Of a stretch of 64,000 nt of DNA, positions 1 to 11,650 are shown one piece after another. Under the pieces are notes generated by a model that was given only the letters and a program-made list of their open reading frames with translations, searched no databases and was not told the DNA's origin. Origin of the DNA: Felis catus (Eukaryota); the NCBI RefSeq assembly GCF_018350175.1, contig NC_058368.1, positions 31,622,001 through 31,686,000 of the forward strand, in the 5' to 3' direction. The first letter of the stretch is position 1; every line of letters starts with the position of its first letter. Made by a program: the position numbers and the translations under genes.

Positions 1-1770
1 GTAGTAGTACAATTTTCCTTGGTAGTCAGAATCAGTCACCCCAGTGAGCACTGCAACTTCCTTCTTTGCCTGTTGATTCAGAGGCGTGAGAAACTCAAAC
101 TGGCTGTGTGGCAGTCTTAACTTTTTAGTTGAACAGAATCATTGTGTCTCCTAGTAGAAGAATTCCTCCCTCTGGGACTAAGGATTTGGGGCCAGCAGAA
201 CATAAATTCATAGGGAAAGCAATGCTGCTGCTTCAGGATGGAGTGGAACATAGACCAACGAATTCCATGAGCTCTGTGGCAGCACATACTGTGTGGTGAA
301 GGGACTTCTCATGGTAATGTGGTGGCCCATGCTTAAGCATTCAGTCTATACTAAGGCCAGTAGAAGGCAAAGGCTGTTCCTCAAAAGGAGAAAAGTTTTT
401 TGCTGAGGATGACAGGGCTTTGTTTCAAAATCCTAAAGTCCTATGCTTCAGTGCACTTAAAACAGTTTGCCAAAAGCTTCAAAAACATGACTATCTGCAA
501 CTGACTCTTTTTTTTTTCAATATATGAAATTTATTGTCAAATTGGTTTCCATACAACACCCAGTGCTCATCCCAAAAGGTGCCCTCCTCAATACCCATCA
601 CCCACCCTCCCCTCCCTCCCACTCCCCATCAACCCTCAGTTTGTTCTCAGTTTTTAAGAGTCTCTTATGCTTTGGCTCTCTCCCACTCTGACCTCTTTTT
701 TTTTTTCCTTCCCCTCCCCCATGGGTTTCTGTTAGGTTTCTCAGGATCCACATAAGAGTAAAAACATATGGTATCTGTCTTTCTCTGTATGGCTTATTTC
801 ACTTAGCGTTACACTCTCCATTTCCATCCACATTGCTACAAAGGGCCATAGTTCGTTCTTTCTCATTGCCATGTAGTACTCCATTGTGTACATAAACCAC
901 AATTTCTTTATCCATTCATCAGTTGATGGACATTTAGGCTCTTTTAAAGCACCATGAGTGTGTTGGATCTTATGGGCTAAGCTACAGAAAATCTTGTTTT
1001 GTTTCAGTGCCTTCTCTTTGTGGGCCCCCTTCAAAACTAGCAGATGTTCAGGTCCTTAGTAAATAGGCCAGGGTAACACACCCAAATGAGGAATATGTTG
1101 CCTCCAAAATGTAGAGATCCTTTTTGGTTGTAGGAGGGACCAGGTCCAACAACTTATCCTTCATTTTAGAAGATATATTTCAATATGACCCATACCACAG
1201 GGCTCCTGAGGTGAAAGTTCTCTGAACTTTTGTTGGATTTACTTCTCACCCTTTGGTATGCAAATATATCACTACTAACTCTAGCATAGTTACTACTTCT
1301 CTCTCACTAAGCCCAGACAGCAAGGTAATGGACCAGGGTGACATCCTGTGGAAGAGCAAGGTGATGAGAATCCTTGCCGACTAAAGTATGACAAAGGGCT
1401 AGTGATTTGATCTAACCCCAAGGTAAGACAGTGAAGGTATATTGCTGGCCTTGCCAGCTAAAAACAAACTGCTTCTGGCAGACCTTATAGACAGCGTGGA
1501 GAAAAAGGCACTTTTCAGATCAATAATTGCATAGTATGTACCAGGGGATGTGGTAATTTGCTTAAGCAATTAAACCACATCTGTATAGAAGCTGCAATTT
1601 GAGTCTCCACCTGGTTTAGTTTACAATAATCCAATGTCAATCTCCAAAATCCATCTGTCTTCTACACAAGCCAGTTAGGAGAGTTGAATGAGGAGATGGT
1701 GGGAATCACCACACATGCATCTTTCAACTCCTTGATGGTGGCAGTATTCTCAGCAATGGCCCCAAGACTA
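1..1770 (-). mobile_element. ERV-L (MLT2/ERVL-type) internal region remnant: RT, RNase H-like segment, integrase fragment and dUTPase; interrupted by an L1
   Basis: Minus-strand translation gives degenerate ERV-L Pol motifs: ATIKELKDACVVIPTISSFNSP..KTDGFWRLTLDYCKLNQV (~1600-1760, RT); KQFVFSWQGQQYTFTVLP (~1420-1475); AHGIRWS..HPEAA (~225-275, integrase); KLRLPHSQFEFLTPLNQQAKKEVAVLTGVTDSDYQG (~15-125, dUTPase). Many stops and frameshifts. Confidence 0.88.
508..944 (-). mobile_element. 5'-truncated carnivore/felid L1 (end of ORF2, 3' UTR, poly(A))
   Basis: Poly(T) at 508-517, carnivore-type L1 3' UTR, and ORF2 C-terminal peptide PKCPSTDEWIKKLWFMYTMEYYMAMRKNE...SEISHTEKDRYHMFLLLCGS. Possible short TSD ctctttt at 505-511 and 939-945. 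Confidence 0.93.
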
Positions 1771-1775
1771 TCGTA

Positions 1776-2094
1776 TTACTTCTGTGGAGGCTGAGAATTC
1801 CTATAATCTGCTGTCTGCAAACTGGAGGTCCAAGAAAGCCAATAGTGCAATTCTAAAACAAAGGCCTGAGGACTATGGCAACCAAGGCTATTAATCCAAG
1901 TCCAGGAGCAGAAGATTAATGTCCCAGGCAGGGAGGAAGGAATCATGCCCACCCACGCTGGGGAAGCATTACTGAGTTCACCTGTTTGAATGTTAATCTC
2001 ATCCAGAAACACCCTCACGGACACAGTCAGAAATAATCTTTTAATCTGTGCACCTGTGACCCAGTCACACCCACACACAAAAATAACTATCACA
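1776..2094 (-). mobile_element. MLT2-type ERV-L LTR (partial; 5' LTR of the adjacent internal region)
   Basis: Minus strand begins tgtgatagttatttt...gactggg...attatttctgactgtgtccgtgagggtgtttctggatgagattaacatt, matching the recalled MLT2 5' end. Same orientation as the ERV-L pol. Confidence 0.82.
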
Positions 2095-2822
2095 ATATTT
2101 CCATAGCTATATAAATGCATAATTTAATTAGTTTCTCCAGAATTTGGGGGGAAAATATATTTAGCATGTCTAAAGTGACTATACATCCTTGAGGTTGAAC
2201 TATACTGGGACGTTACTTGAAATGGCCAAGTGTCATTTTGCAATTGCCTATAAAATTATATTTCTTAAGATTCTTGTTTAAATTCAGCATTTGAATATGC
2301 TACCCTCACCCTTGAAATAAGCTATACTCTGACTAATGGAGACACAGTAGCTGTCACACAGACAGACTTCTTAAATGAGGCTTATGTACCCTCAAGTTTG
2401 AACAGTTCCAGTGTGTACAACCAAAGGCTTGTGACCTTTGCTATTGGGAAGAAAAAAAAAAAAAAAAGACGTCTGTTGACTCTTGGGCTCATTATTTCAC
2501 ACATACAGCCAGTTGGATTAAAGTTTCCTAGAATGGCAATACCAGTTTCCAACACAAAGTTATTTTTTTTTCGGTTGCAAAAAGGTGCTATTTCTCTTTC
2601 TCTGAGAGCCATTTTTTTACTTCTGTATAATAAACTTGAGAACTACAATGTATCTGCAGAAATAGGAATAGATGATTCAGCTTATCAAATAATATTTTTC
2701 TATAACTTCCAGATCAGGCAGTAATGAGGGAAATCAGTACCCCCGTAAAAATAATTTTATTTCACTTACTCTAACATAAAAAATATCTCTATAAAAATAC
2801 TGCGACTCTCTTTTCAAATGTA

Positions 2823-2823
2823 C

Positions 2824-2857
<34 letters not shown>

Positions 2858-2858
2858 A
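2823..2858. repeat. (TA)n(TG)n compound microsatellite
   Basis: catatatatatgtgtgtg...gtgta read directly. Confidence 0.95.
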
Positions 2859-3981
2859 TTACATTTTATCTTTTTTCTGGTAACTCATTATTTTTAAAAT
2901 ACATATTTTAAAATGTATATTTTCTGTTTCTCTTTGTTTACAAAGTGCACATTTTATTGATTCCCAAATGAATATTACAATTTTTTTTCTTGTAGGAATC
3001 ATAGAGCCTACTTCCCCTGTGGATCTCAAAACATTTTCTGAAATATTTGAGGGGAGATGTTTCATCCTAGACTATACTCATGTAGAAGAGAGAACCTGTA
3101 AATCACATTTAAGAACTGATGATAAAAAGTCATACAATTGATCGTAGAGATACCCTTAATTTCCTTCTGCATGCAGATTGAAAAAAAAGGCAAAAGTCAC
3201 ATATCAAAAAATAAAAAAATCCTAGTGTGTGGTATTATTTCCAAAATAGTGTCTGCTTGAACAGAGGTATCCAGCTTTCTTATTCCAAGATGTATGTTAA
3301 AATACCAAAAGTATTTTTACCAGTAAAGAAGAAAAATCCCATTTCAGCCATAGAAACAGAAGAAGAGTTTGTCTCACACATAACACCTTTAGACTAGAAA
3401 TGAAAATGATACCATATTGAAACCAAAAAAACAACAACAACAAAAAAAACACTGAGAGAGGACTCACTCTCCTCTCACAGGTCCCAGTGAGAAATCATAG
3501 GAAATTAGGGGAGAAAAGAAGAGATTTATGGGCAACTTCAGAAACAGTTCTTTTGGAGGTTTACATTCTACGTGGTGGTGATGACATTGAGGAAGCTGGT
3601 AGATTTTTGTCTGGAGCTCCTTCTTGAGGCAGTGGCCTTACTTGTATTAGCAAAATCAGGAAGGAGCCTGGACGTAGCCAAAAGTGAAGAGGCTAGGACA
3701 GAGGACAGCAGAATATTTAACATTTCCTGTCTGTGTCACTTCACCAAGCAGAAATAAAGATTTTTGTGCCATTTGGAAAGCTCATGGCCCTAAACCATTC
3801 TACTCAGTGTTTAATTTACAACAAATAAACCATTCAGCTTAATGCTTATGTCTACATTTCTCAGAACAATTAGGTAGAAAGTGGCAGGACAGGAGAAATA
3901 CGCATTCATTGTGTCAATGAGTGAGAATGAGGTCTGAGAAATGTGTTCTTTGTTTAAATATGAGTAAGTAAAAAGACTGGG

Positions 3982-4199
3982 GGGGCACCTGGGTGGCTCA
4001 GTTGGTTGAGCGTCTGACTTCAGCTCAGGTCACGATATCACGGGCCGTGAGTTCGAGCCCCGTGTCGGGCTCTGGGCTGATGGCTCAGAGCCTGGAGCCT
4101 GTTTCAGATTCTGTGTCTCCCTCTCTCTGACCCTCCCCCGTTCATGCTCTGTCTCTCTCTGTCTCAAAAATAAACGTTAAAAAAAAATTTAAAAAAAAA
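3982..4199 (+). mobile_element. Can-SINE (SINEC_Fc type)
   Basis: ggggcacctgggtggctcag head with A/B boxes, CT-rich body, A tail; imperfect TSD aaaaagactggg / aaaaagcctggg. Confidence 0.96.
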
Positions 4200-4544
4200 G
4201 CCTGGGTAAAGGGAAAGTGGAACCAGTGAATCATGAGAGAATAGTGTCAATGAAGCTAAGGAAAATTGTTGAAGAAGAAAATTCTTGCAAAGAGTTGGCA
4301 ACTGATTCAGATGCTGGGAAGGATTTAGGACTAAACACATTTGTGCATTTAGGGGATTCAGATCCTCGGTGCATTTATTCAGGGTGATTTTAGAGGTGTG
4401 ATGGGAGCAAGAGCTAGGGTAGAGAGGATTGCAGGGATAGTAGAAGGTGTGTGGAAGGTTGAAAAATGCCTCCCTCCAATGATGTCCTGAGTTTAGAGAT
4501 TCTTACCATTTGGAAATGTACTGTTTCGTTAAAAGAGAATAGCT

Positions 4545-4631
4545 CACAATGTGTACGTATCATCATGTCGTACACTTTAAATATCTTAAAATTTTGTTTA
4601 TCAATTATGCCTCAATAAAGCAGTAGAAAAA
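4545..4631 (+). mobile_element. Old L1M 3' end fragment
   Basis: catcatgtcgtacactttaaatat...tcaattatgcctcaataaagc..aaaaa is a typical L1M terminus. Confidence 0.7.
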
Positions 4632-5699
4632 GAGGAATAACTGTTGGGTGAGCAGAAATATGTGTATTTATGAATACTCGAGTGCATATATGCATATAAT
4701 TATGTATGAAAATAAATGCATATATAAAAATTGAAATTGTTTTAATGGACCAGTATTTCCTTAAACGTGCTTTAGTAAAAAAAAAAAAATGTTTTTTTCA
4801 CCTATGCTTTAGAATAACAACCGACAAAGAATAAAAGTAATCTGTTCAGTTATATATAGTCACAAAAATGAAACTAAAGCTACCAAACCCCTCTTCTACT
4901 TACTTCTCATGGTGTAAGGCTCTCAATTAGTGGAAAATCCACCATATGCTTATATCCTTCATTTGAGCTTAACTCCTATTGTGTCAAATTTATAAAATAA
5001 ATTTAATTTAAAATTTACAGACCATATGTTGAGTTAAACTTGAAATCTCCTAGGACGCCTACAATAAGATAAATATTCAAATTGGTGAAGTAAATTTCCA
5101 CAGCATAACCCCTACTTCTCCTTATTGCATACCCGACCATTTTTATCCAAGCCGCAGTGCATAAAATAGACATCGTATCATCCTAGGCCTGCCAATCATA
5201 TTGCTCTAATTGTTGCAGAAAACTTAATGTGAATTTACCTCTGCTAAAATTGCTCCTCCACAAAGAGTTTCTCAAAGTACTTTATCAAGATTCTGTGGTG
5301 TAGAACTTCACGATGTAAAATGAAATTCTAAAATAGAGTCACTTCCTGAAGAAGCACAGCTTTCACCCTCATTGAAGTTATAGTTGAGAGCGGAAAGCAA
5401 AAGAAATAATTACCTTGCATGAATGAGCAGATTTCTTGTATTTCTCAAACTGTATTGGCGACCTCGGTTTGCCCACGTTTGGATGGAAATGAGCTGGGTC
5501 CTTTCTTGCAGGAAAGAGTTGGGAAAATAATAAGAAACAAACAACTGAGAGGGTAGAGAGGAAGACAGGTGGACGTAAAGAAAAAAAAAACATGTTTGTT
5601 CAAAAACATCTTAAAACGATCTGATACCTTTATCTGGTAAAAATAATATATTTCCTTGAATATAGAAGCTGTTGCAGTTACTAAGAGAACACACTTAAC

Positions 5700-6050
5700 A
5701 TTGTTTTTGAAAGGGTCCAGAAAGTATCTGTATAAGGTCTTTCTTTAGCAAATCCAAGCTACAGGCAAACTGGCCTGTCACTTGAGTTTTATGTACTGGA
5801 AGTTTCTGGAATATATGGATATTACAGAACCTCTGACAAGTCTCAATATGGTAATCACAGTGCAGATGTCTCAGTCTTTGGAATAGGGCCATGTCCTTCT
5901 CAGGAGATGATATTCCATGCTTGAAAAGCAGCTCTGTGCTTACTATGGGGCCTTGACAAAGCATGAACGCCAGACCATGGGCAACTATGTGATGATGGCA
6001 TCCAAACAGCCCATTGTGATCCTGGTACTATCTGATTTCGCAAATTGAAA
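5700..6050 (+). mobile_element. ERV-L pol fragment (RT connection / RNase H-like region)
   Basis: Plus-strand degenerate translation VLEVS...FWNRAMSFSGD..LEKQLCAYYGALTKHERQTMGNYVMMASKQPIVILVLSD matches recalled ERV-L FWSKALPSSADNYSPFEKQLLACYWALVETERLTMGHQVTMRPELPIMNWVLSD. Confidence 0.8.
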
Positions 6051-6053
6051 ACA

Positions 6054-6253
6054 GGGGCGCCTGGGTGGCTCAGCTGGTTGAGCATCCAACTTCTGCTTGG
6101 GTCACGATCTCGCTGTCCGTGGGTTCGAGCCCCGTGTCGGGCTCTGTTCTGACAGCTCAGAGCCTGGAGCCTCTTTTGGATTCTGTGTCACCCTCTTTCT
6201 CTGCCCCTCCCCCACTCATGCTCTGTGTCTCTCTGTCAATAATAAATAAAAAA
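6054..6253 (+). mobile_element. Can-SINE
   Basis: ggggcgcctgggtggctcag head, CT-rich body, aataaataaaaaa tail. Confidence 0.95.
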
Positions 6254-6544
6254 GAAACACAAAACACAAAAGACAAGAATGAGAGCACCAACCTTTTATT
6301 TATTAATTTATTTATTTTTGCTAAAAAGATAATCAATGTTTTCCACTGATTATTTGTATATCCCCTCATTCTGCCTGTTTTCCCCGTTTCTATCATGTAA
6401 AAGAGTATACCGATGTCAGCGAGTATTTCAATTTAGGTTTTGGGTAGGATTGTGATTACACTGACACCAACCAGGTATAATGTAACTAATATAAGACAAA
6501 GGAATGTGTATCCTGAGGGGCAAAAGTAAGAACTACGCTTAGGT

Positions 6545-6860
6545 AGTCTTATTTTCCATTCCAGATCCACTCTCCATTGCTCTCCACTACTCTCTTTGCT
6601 CCTGGAAGTGTCCTTCTATCTATAGATCCAAATGAGTTCCCTTACCTTTTAACCAGATCGATTCAGAACTCAGCTATAGCTGCACTCTCTGAGTTCAGAG
6701 CTGTGGTGGTCACAGATTTGCATGGCTGCTCCTTCTGGAATGTTCCAGCAGGCCAAGTCTTTCCCTTAACCCTGCTTGCATACATGTGAAAGCTCCTTCC
6801 TTAAACTCTCCTTAATTACCTTTTGAGGGTACCATCTGTTTTTTGATGGTCTCTAACAGA
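6545..6860 (+). mobile_element. LTR33-like ERV-L LTR
   Basis: ccagatccactctcca... near the start and cccttaaccctgc...ttaaactctccttaattacc..tttgagggtaccatctgttt at the end resemble the recalled LTR33 consensus. Confidence 0.62.
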
Positions 6861-8676
6861 AGCAGCTGTTTTGATGCAGCTGTAACAAAATGGTTGGTAA
6901 AAAAAAAATGTAAAGGAACTGTTCTTATGAATTACATCAGATAGAAACAGCACATCCCTAAACTTCACAGTATCTCCAAGCCTTGCCCTATTTCTTACAC
7001 CCTGCTTCTTCTCAAACTCTTGGCCAGCATCTCTCCACACCATATGTAATCAAAGATTCTCATTGCATCCTTGGTCCCAGTAGTTCTGAGTTAGAGACAT
7101 ATTAACTTGTAGTTAGGGGAGACTCAGGAATGGAGTGAAGATGTCTATTATGTATATGACAAGGCAATTAAAAAAAAGTATAAAATTCTTAATTTTTCAA
7201 GGTCTGAACAGAATAATTGCAAGGCAAAATTGTCGCTGTGCCAAAACAGTAACGTCCAAATGTCATGTGCTATACTTAGAAGTGTTCAGTCTATTAATAT
7301 CCAGGAGCATGAATAGGTGGACTGACTTCTATTACACATACTATAAAATCAACAACAGGAAAGTTCTAGCCTTTAATTATGAAATGTAAGCTTCTAGAGG
7401 AGAGTAGGATTGTGAAAGGGTCTTATTTGATGAGAATACATTTTTTTCATGGACTTTTGTTGGCATGCAAATCCACCATAACACCTTGATAGTATTAGAA
7501 ATGCCTTTATTTACTTTTCAATGTTTATTTGATCCTGACTGCTTAAAAATTCATAAGCACTCAGTCAAGCATATGCAAGAAAAAAAAACAAGTTTAGAAT
7601 AGGTGAATAAACACAGAGCATGTGAACTTTTAGAAAGCTGAAGATGTGTTGAATTTAGATCAAGTCTATTTTTGTAAAAGTTTGTAACTATTTGCCAGCT
7701 TCTTTAAAAGCAAATACAAGAAAACATGCATTTTCCATATTTATTATTAAACTTCACCTGTACCTTTCAGGTGAATTTATCATTTTTGTTTCTGACGGGT
7801 GTTATCTGTAGAGACATGATTTGATTGTGTGCTTTTTAAACTGACAACTGGTGGGCTGAAAGTTAGGGCTTGATGATACAGAAGATCTTGCACCAAAGCT
7901 CTGAGTACCAACCTGACTTTTGTTTCTTTATATACTTTCTCTTTTACCATACAATTCCAGTTTTGAAGCATACAGCACTAACACCATTATAGGCATTTCT
8001 GCTTTCTTGGAATCTTTTTGTTAGAGTATTTGAGGCAAATTTTTTTTCCATACATGCCATTAAACTCAATTCATGTTTCTGTGTTCAGTTGAAATTGGAC
8101 CTCAATTGATTCTAAATAACAGTGAAATGGAGAGCTGATCTCCATCCACCATTTTAAACCTAATCTTTTTAATGCTGTTTTTGATCTCCTTTTGATCTTA
8201 ATTTTTTTTTAGAGTTATGCATTTGTAAACCAGTTTCCTCAGTTGCTTGATTTGACATATTTATAAACCTAAAAAATAAATGTTGCAGTAGAGAAATAAT
8301 TGCCAATAGCTTAACTTTTTTCTCCTTGAAGTTGCCATGTTTTTCCTCCCTCAATCCAAACTCACCCTCTTAGGCTCACACAAGTGCACACATGGGCTCT
8401 CTCTGTCTCTTTCTTTCTCCTTCCCTCCCTTCCCCTTTCCCTCCCTTCCTCCTTCCTGCCCTGCTCTCACTCAATCTTATTCTTACTCCCTCTGTTACTT
8501 CAGTAAAATTTCACTTGTATGGGGAACAAAATAAAAATAGTGATTGAGTCTGATGCAAAAATGAGACATGTATTTCAGATACCTGGATTACACTCCCTGC
8601 TCCATAGTGTTCCAGTTCAAATTACTAAATTGATATTCACGTATAATTCAATACATGTCTAAAATAGGTTGAATAA

Positions 8677-8899
8677 GGGGTACCTGTGTGGCTCAGTCAG
8701 TTAAGCCTCTGAGTCTTGATTTCGGCTCAGGTCATGATCTTACGGTTTGTGGGATCAAGCCCCACATTGGGTTCTGTGATGAGCATGGAGCCTGCAGCCT
8801 GCTTGGGATTCTCCCTCCCTTTTGCTCTGCCCCTCCCCTGCTCACACTTACATGCTTTCTTGCTGTCTTTAAAAAATAAATAAATAAAATTAAAAAAAT
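8677..8899 (+). mobile_element. Can-SINE
   Basis: SINE head and body with perfect 16-bp TSD aaaataggttgaataa at 8661-8676 and 8900-8915. Confidence 0.96.
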
Positions 8900-9440
8900 A
8901 AAATAGGTTGAATAAAAACTATTTGCAAATTCCTCTTTTCCTCTTACTGCAGTGGTTCTAGTTTGAAGACTAGTCCTATAGAGTTAATTGAGAATTTTAC
9001 TTAGGACCCATCTTTTTGAGGAATTCTTACCTGTGATTAATTTTTTATGTAAATGTTGACTCAACATATAGGAGCCCTTCAATAAAATTATATGTTTATA
9101 TATATATAATTATATTCAAACCAATATTAATTATAGCACATAATATATGCATAATAATGTATGTATCTATTATAAATGAATTACGGATTAAGCACATCAT
9201 CATATCTCTAGTGATCTCACAATGAAAATTCATTTTTATTATTAAATAATTTTAGCCACATACAAGTTAACCAGCAGTGTGGCTTCTAACAATTGACAAT
9301 TCTCTTAACTTATCAGAGTTTCCTTATTTGTCAACAAGGAACAATGTGTCTGGCCCTATGAATTTATTTTCTGAATTTAAATACAAAATTTATGTGGCCA
9401 ATTTTTGCAAAATGTCTGCACAGCTAACCGCAAAATTAAG

Positions 9441-9483
9441 TGGTGGTGGTGGTGATGGTGGTGATGACGGTGATGGCAGCAGC
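9441..9483. repeat. Imperfect (GGT/GAT)n trinucleotide repeat, probably the tail of a MIR (~9270-9430)
   Basis: tggtggtggtggtgatggtggtgatgacggtgatggcagcagc; upstream tctcttaacttatcagagtttccttatttgtcaac is MIR-like. Confidence 0.7.
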
Positions 9484-9551
9484 ATTTGTTGTAATTTTTT
9501 CTCTTTGTCTTTCCAGAAGTTCCCCAAGGTAATTTAGATCTAAAGAGATGG

Positions 9552-10045
9552 ATGTTTCTTTTGCTGCTATAATAAATGACCACAAACTTACTGGCTTAAA
9601 ACCATTCGATTTTATTATCTTTAAGCTCTGAATGTTAGAAACCCAAACTGGGTCTTAACTGGACTAAAATCAAGGTGTTGTCAGGATCATGTTCCTTCTG
9701 GAGGCTCAAGGGGAGAATCTGTCCCTTTGCCTTTTCCAGCCCTTAAAGGTCACATGCATTGCTTTGCTCATTTCCCTATGCTCCATTTTTAGGCCAACGC
9801 ACCTGTGTCCCTCTGTGCCTTTTTTCCAGATTCATACTTGCCTCTGATTCTCTCTTTCGCTTTCCTCTTCCACTCTTAAGGATTCTGATTACATTGAGTA
9901 CACATGAATAATCCGGAATAATGTCCGATTTCCGGATTTTTTACTTAATCACATCCGCAAAGGCCCTTTGCCATGTGAGGTAATATTTTCATAGGTTTCA
10001 GGGATTATGAATGGGTGTTTTTGAGTGATTATTTTGCCTGTTCCA
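9552..10045 (-). mobile_element. MaLR LTR (MLT1D/E-like)
   Basis: gctgctataataaatgaccacaaactt..tggcttaaaa, aaaatcaaggtgttg..ccttctggaggctc..ggggagaatctgt, ttaatcacatccgcaaag..tttgccatgtgaggtaa are hallmark MLT1 blocks. Confidence 0.85.
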
Positions 10046-10649
10046 AAACCTCTCCCATCTTTCAAAACTTCAATTGAATCTTACCCTGTCTTTTCTCTGA
10101 AAGACGTTTTTATGTTTTGCCTGATAGGTCTGTTTTGCTTATATATTCAACAAGTTTATAAATTCTAGATACTTATCTTTTTCCAGTTACAAGTGTTTAA
10201 ATGTATGTTCCTAGTTTAAAACAGATCTTTCAATTATCTTCCCTGACAGGAGATCATGAAGTCATTCTCCTGTATTTTCTTGTATTTTAAACTTTTGCCT
10301 TCAGTATTTAAGTTTTTGCTTATCACTCAAACCTTACAAAGACAAGATAAATACTACAAAATATCTCTCTAATCATACTGCCAGAGGAATCTTAGGCTTC
10401 AGGCTTGCATACAAATTTATTTTGTGGGAGATAATGAAATGAAGATCCCTGATTGGAAATGAATCTAGACATTCCACTTTTGTCTTTTCATAGGGGAGCA
10501 TACAGAACTCCATGCTACAAGTGTGTTCAGTGAGTCAGGTGGCCTGAGTGAGTAACAGGTGCAGAGACTCTGTCAAGGTAGCCATCAGCACACAGGTTAG
10601 CATGGCATGTGAATAGAGGAGTTCATCCAAGACAAATCTGTAAGGAGGC

Positions 10650-11650
10650 TGAGAAGGAGCAATCAAGGAAGGGGATAGGAGAAGAACCAGAAGAGCTTCC
10701 CATTCAGAAAGCTAAGGATATTTGGGGTTTCAATGAGGAGGTTATGGTTTACAATATTAAACACTCCCTGGATAACAAATGAAAATTCAGAATTCATTGC
10801 AACAAAAATTCAGTAATCATCTTTCTGAAAGCTTGTTCAGTGGAAGACTAAGACATGAGATAGATATTGCCATGATCTGAACAATAAATGGAAAAAGAGG
10901 GAGCAGATATAGGGATTTGGATGTCTTTTTCAAGAATCTTGGCAATGCCAGGGAATAGAGAGGGAAATAAAACTAGAGAAGGCTTGAAGTATAAAAACAA
11001 ATAGAAAAGACATGAGGATTTCTCAAAAAACACAAGTAGATAAAGAGAGAACTTATGGGGGGAAATAGGATAATGTCTAATAACGAATGAAATTCTTGAG
11101 GTAGCATTTATGAGATCCAGAGAACAAGTGGAGGAGTTAGCTTCAGTCAAATGAGACATTTACTATCATCATGAGAGAAAGAAGTTATAATTCATCATCA
11201 CTTTTGCAGATGGGGTGTCAGGAATTTGAAGGAGTTCTTATCTGAGTGTTTTCATATTTCTACGAAGTGGGAGACAAGATTTTCTGCTGAGAATGAGTGG
11301 GAAGGTATTAGGGTAGGGCATTTGAGGAGGTAAGAAATGGTTTGATTAGATATTATGGAAAATGGAGAAAAACCTTATCAGAGCACAGAATTGGTGAGCA
11401 GGGTAAATGGTCCTATTGAGCTCAGAGAACATTAATTTATAGAGGCAATTTTCTGAGGATTTTGTGATTTTCTCCAGTTGAATTCAACTGCCCAGGTATA
11501 GGAACAAAGAAATCAGTCTGTTGGATTGCTTCAGCTTTGGTTTGTTAGGTGGGTTCAAAAATGGAAATTGAAAATGGAATTGAAAATATTAACAAAGACG
11601 TGGCTGAAGAAATTGATCAAACTTCGTAGGCTTAAAAGGAAGAAAGTAAA
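10650..11650. mobile_element. Ancient L2 fragment(s)
   Basis: Purine-rich, AG-biased degenerate L2-like text (e.g. agatccagagaacaagtggaggagttagcttc, ttttcaagaatcttggc). Confidence 0.6.

Noticed and set aside
2389..2470. Minus-strand acceptor (T-run + cccaatag) with a possible ~51-nt exon
   Set aside because: The pyrimidine tract is just a homopolymer run, the donor (gtacat) is weak, and no translation is recognisable.
5414..5504. Possible minus-strand 91-nt exon ending caag|gtaatt
   Set aside because: AAG acceptor is weak, the peptides are unrecognised, and no partner exons are evident.
5695..5964. 89-aa minus-strand ORF (MLCQGPIVSTELL...)
   Set aside because: It is the antisense of the plus-strand ERV-L pol remnant.
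9377..9583. ORFs with poly-His or poly-Gly/Asp tracts
   Set aside because: Produced by the (GGT/GAT)n repeat.
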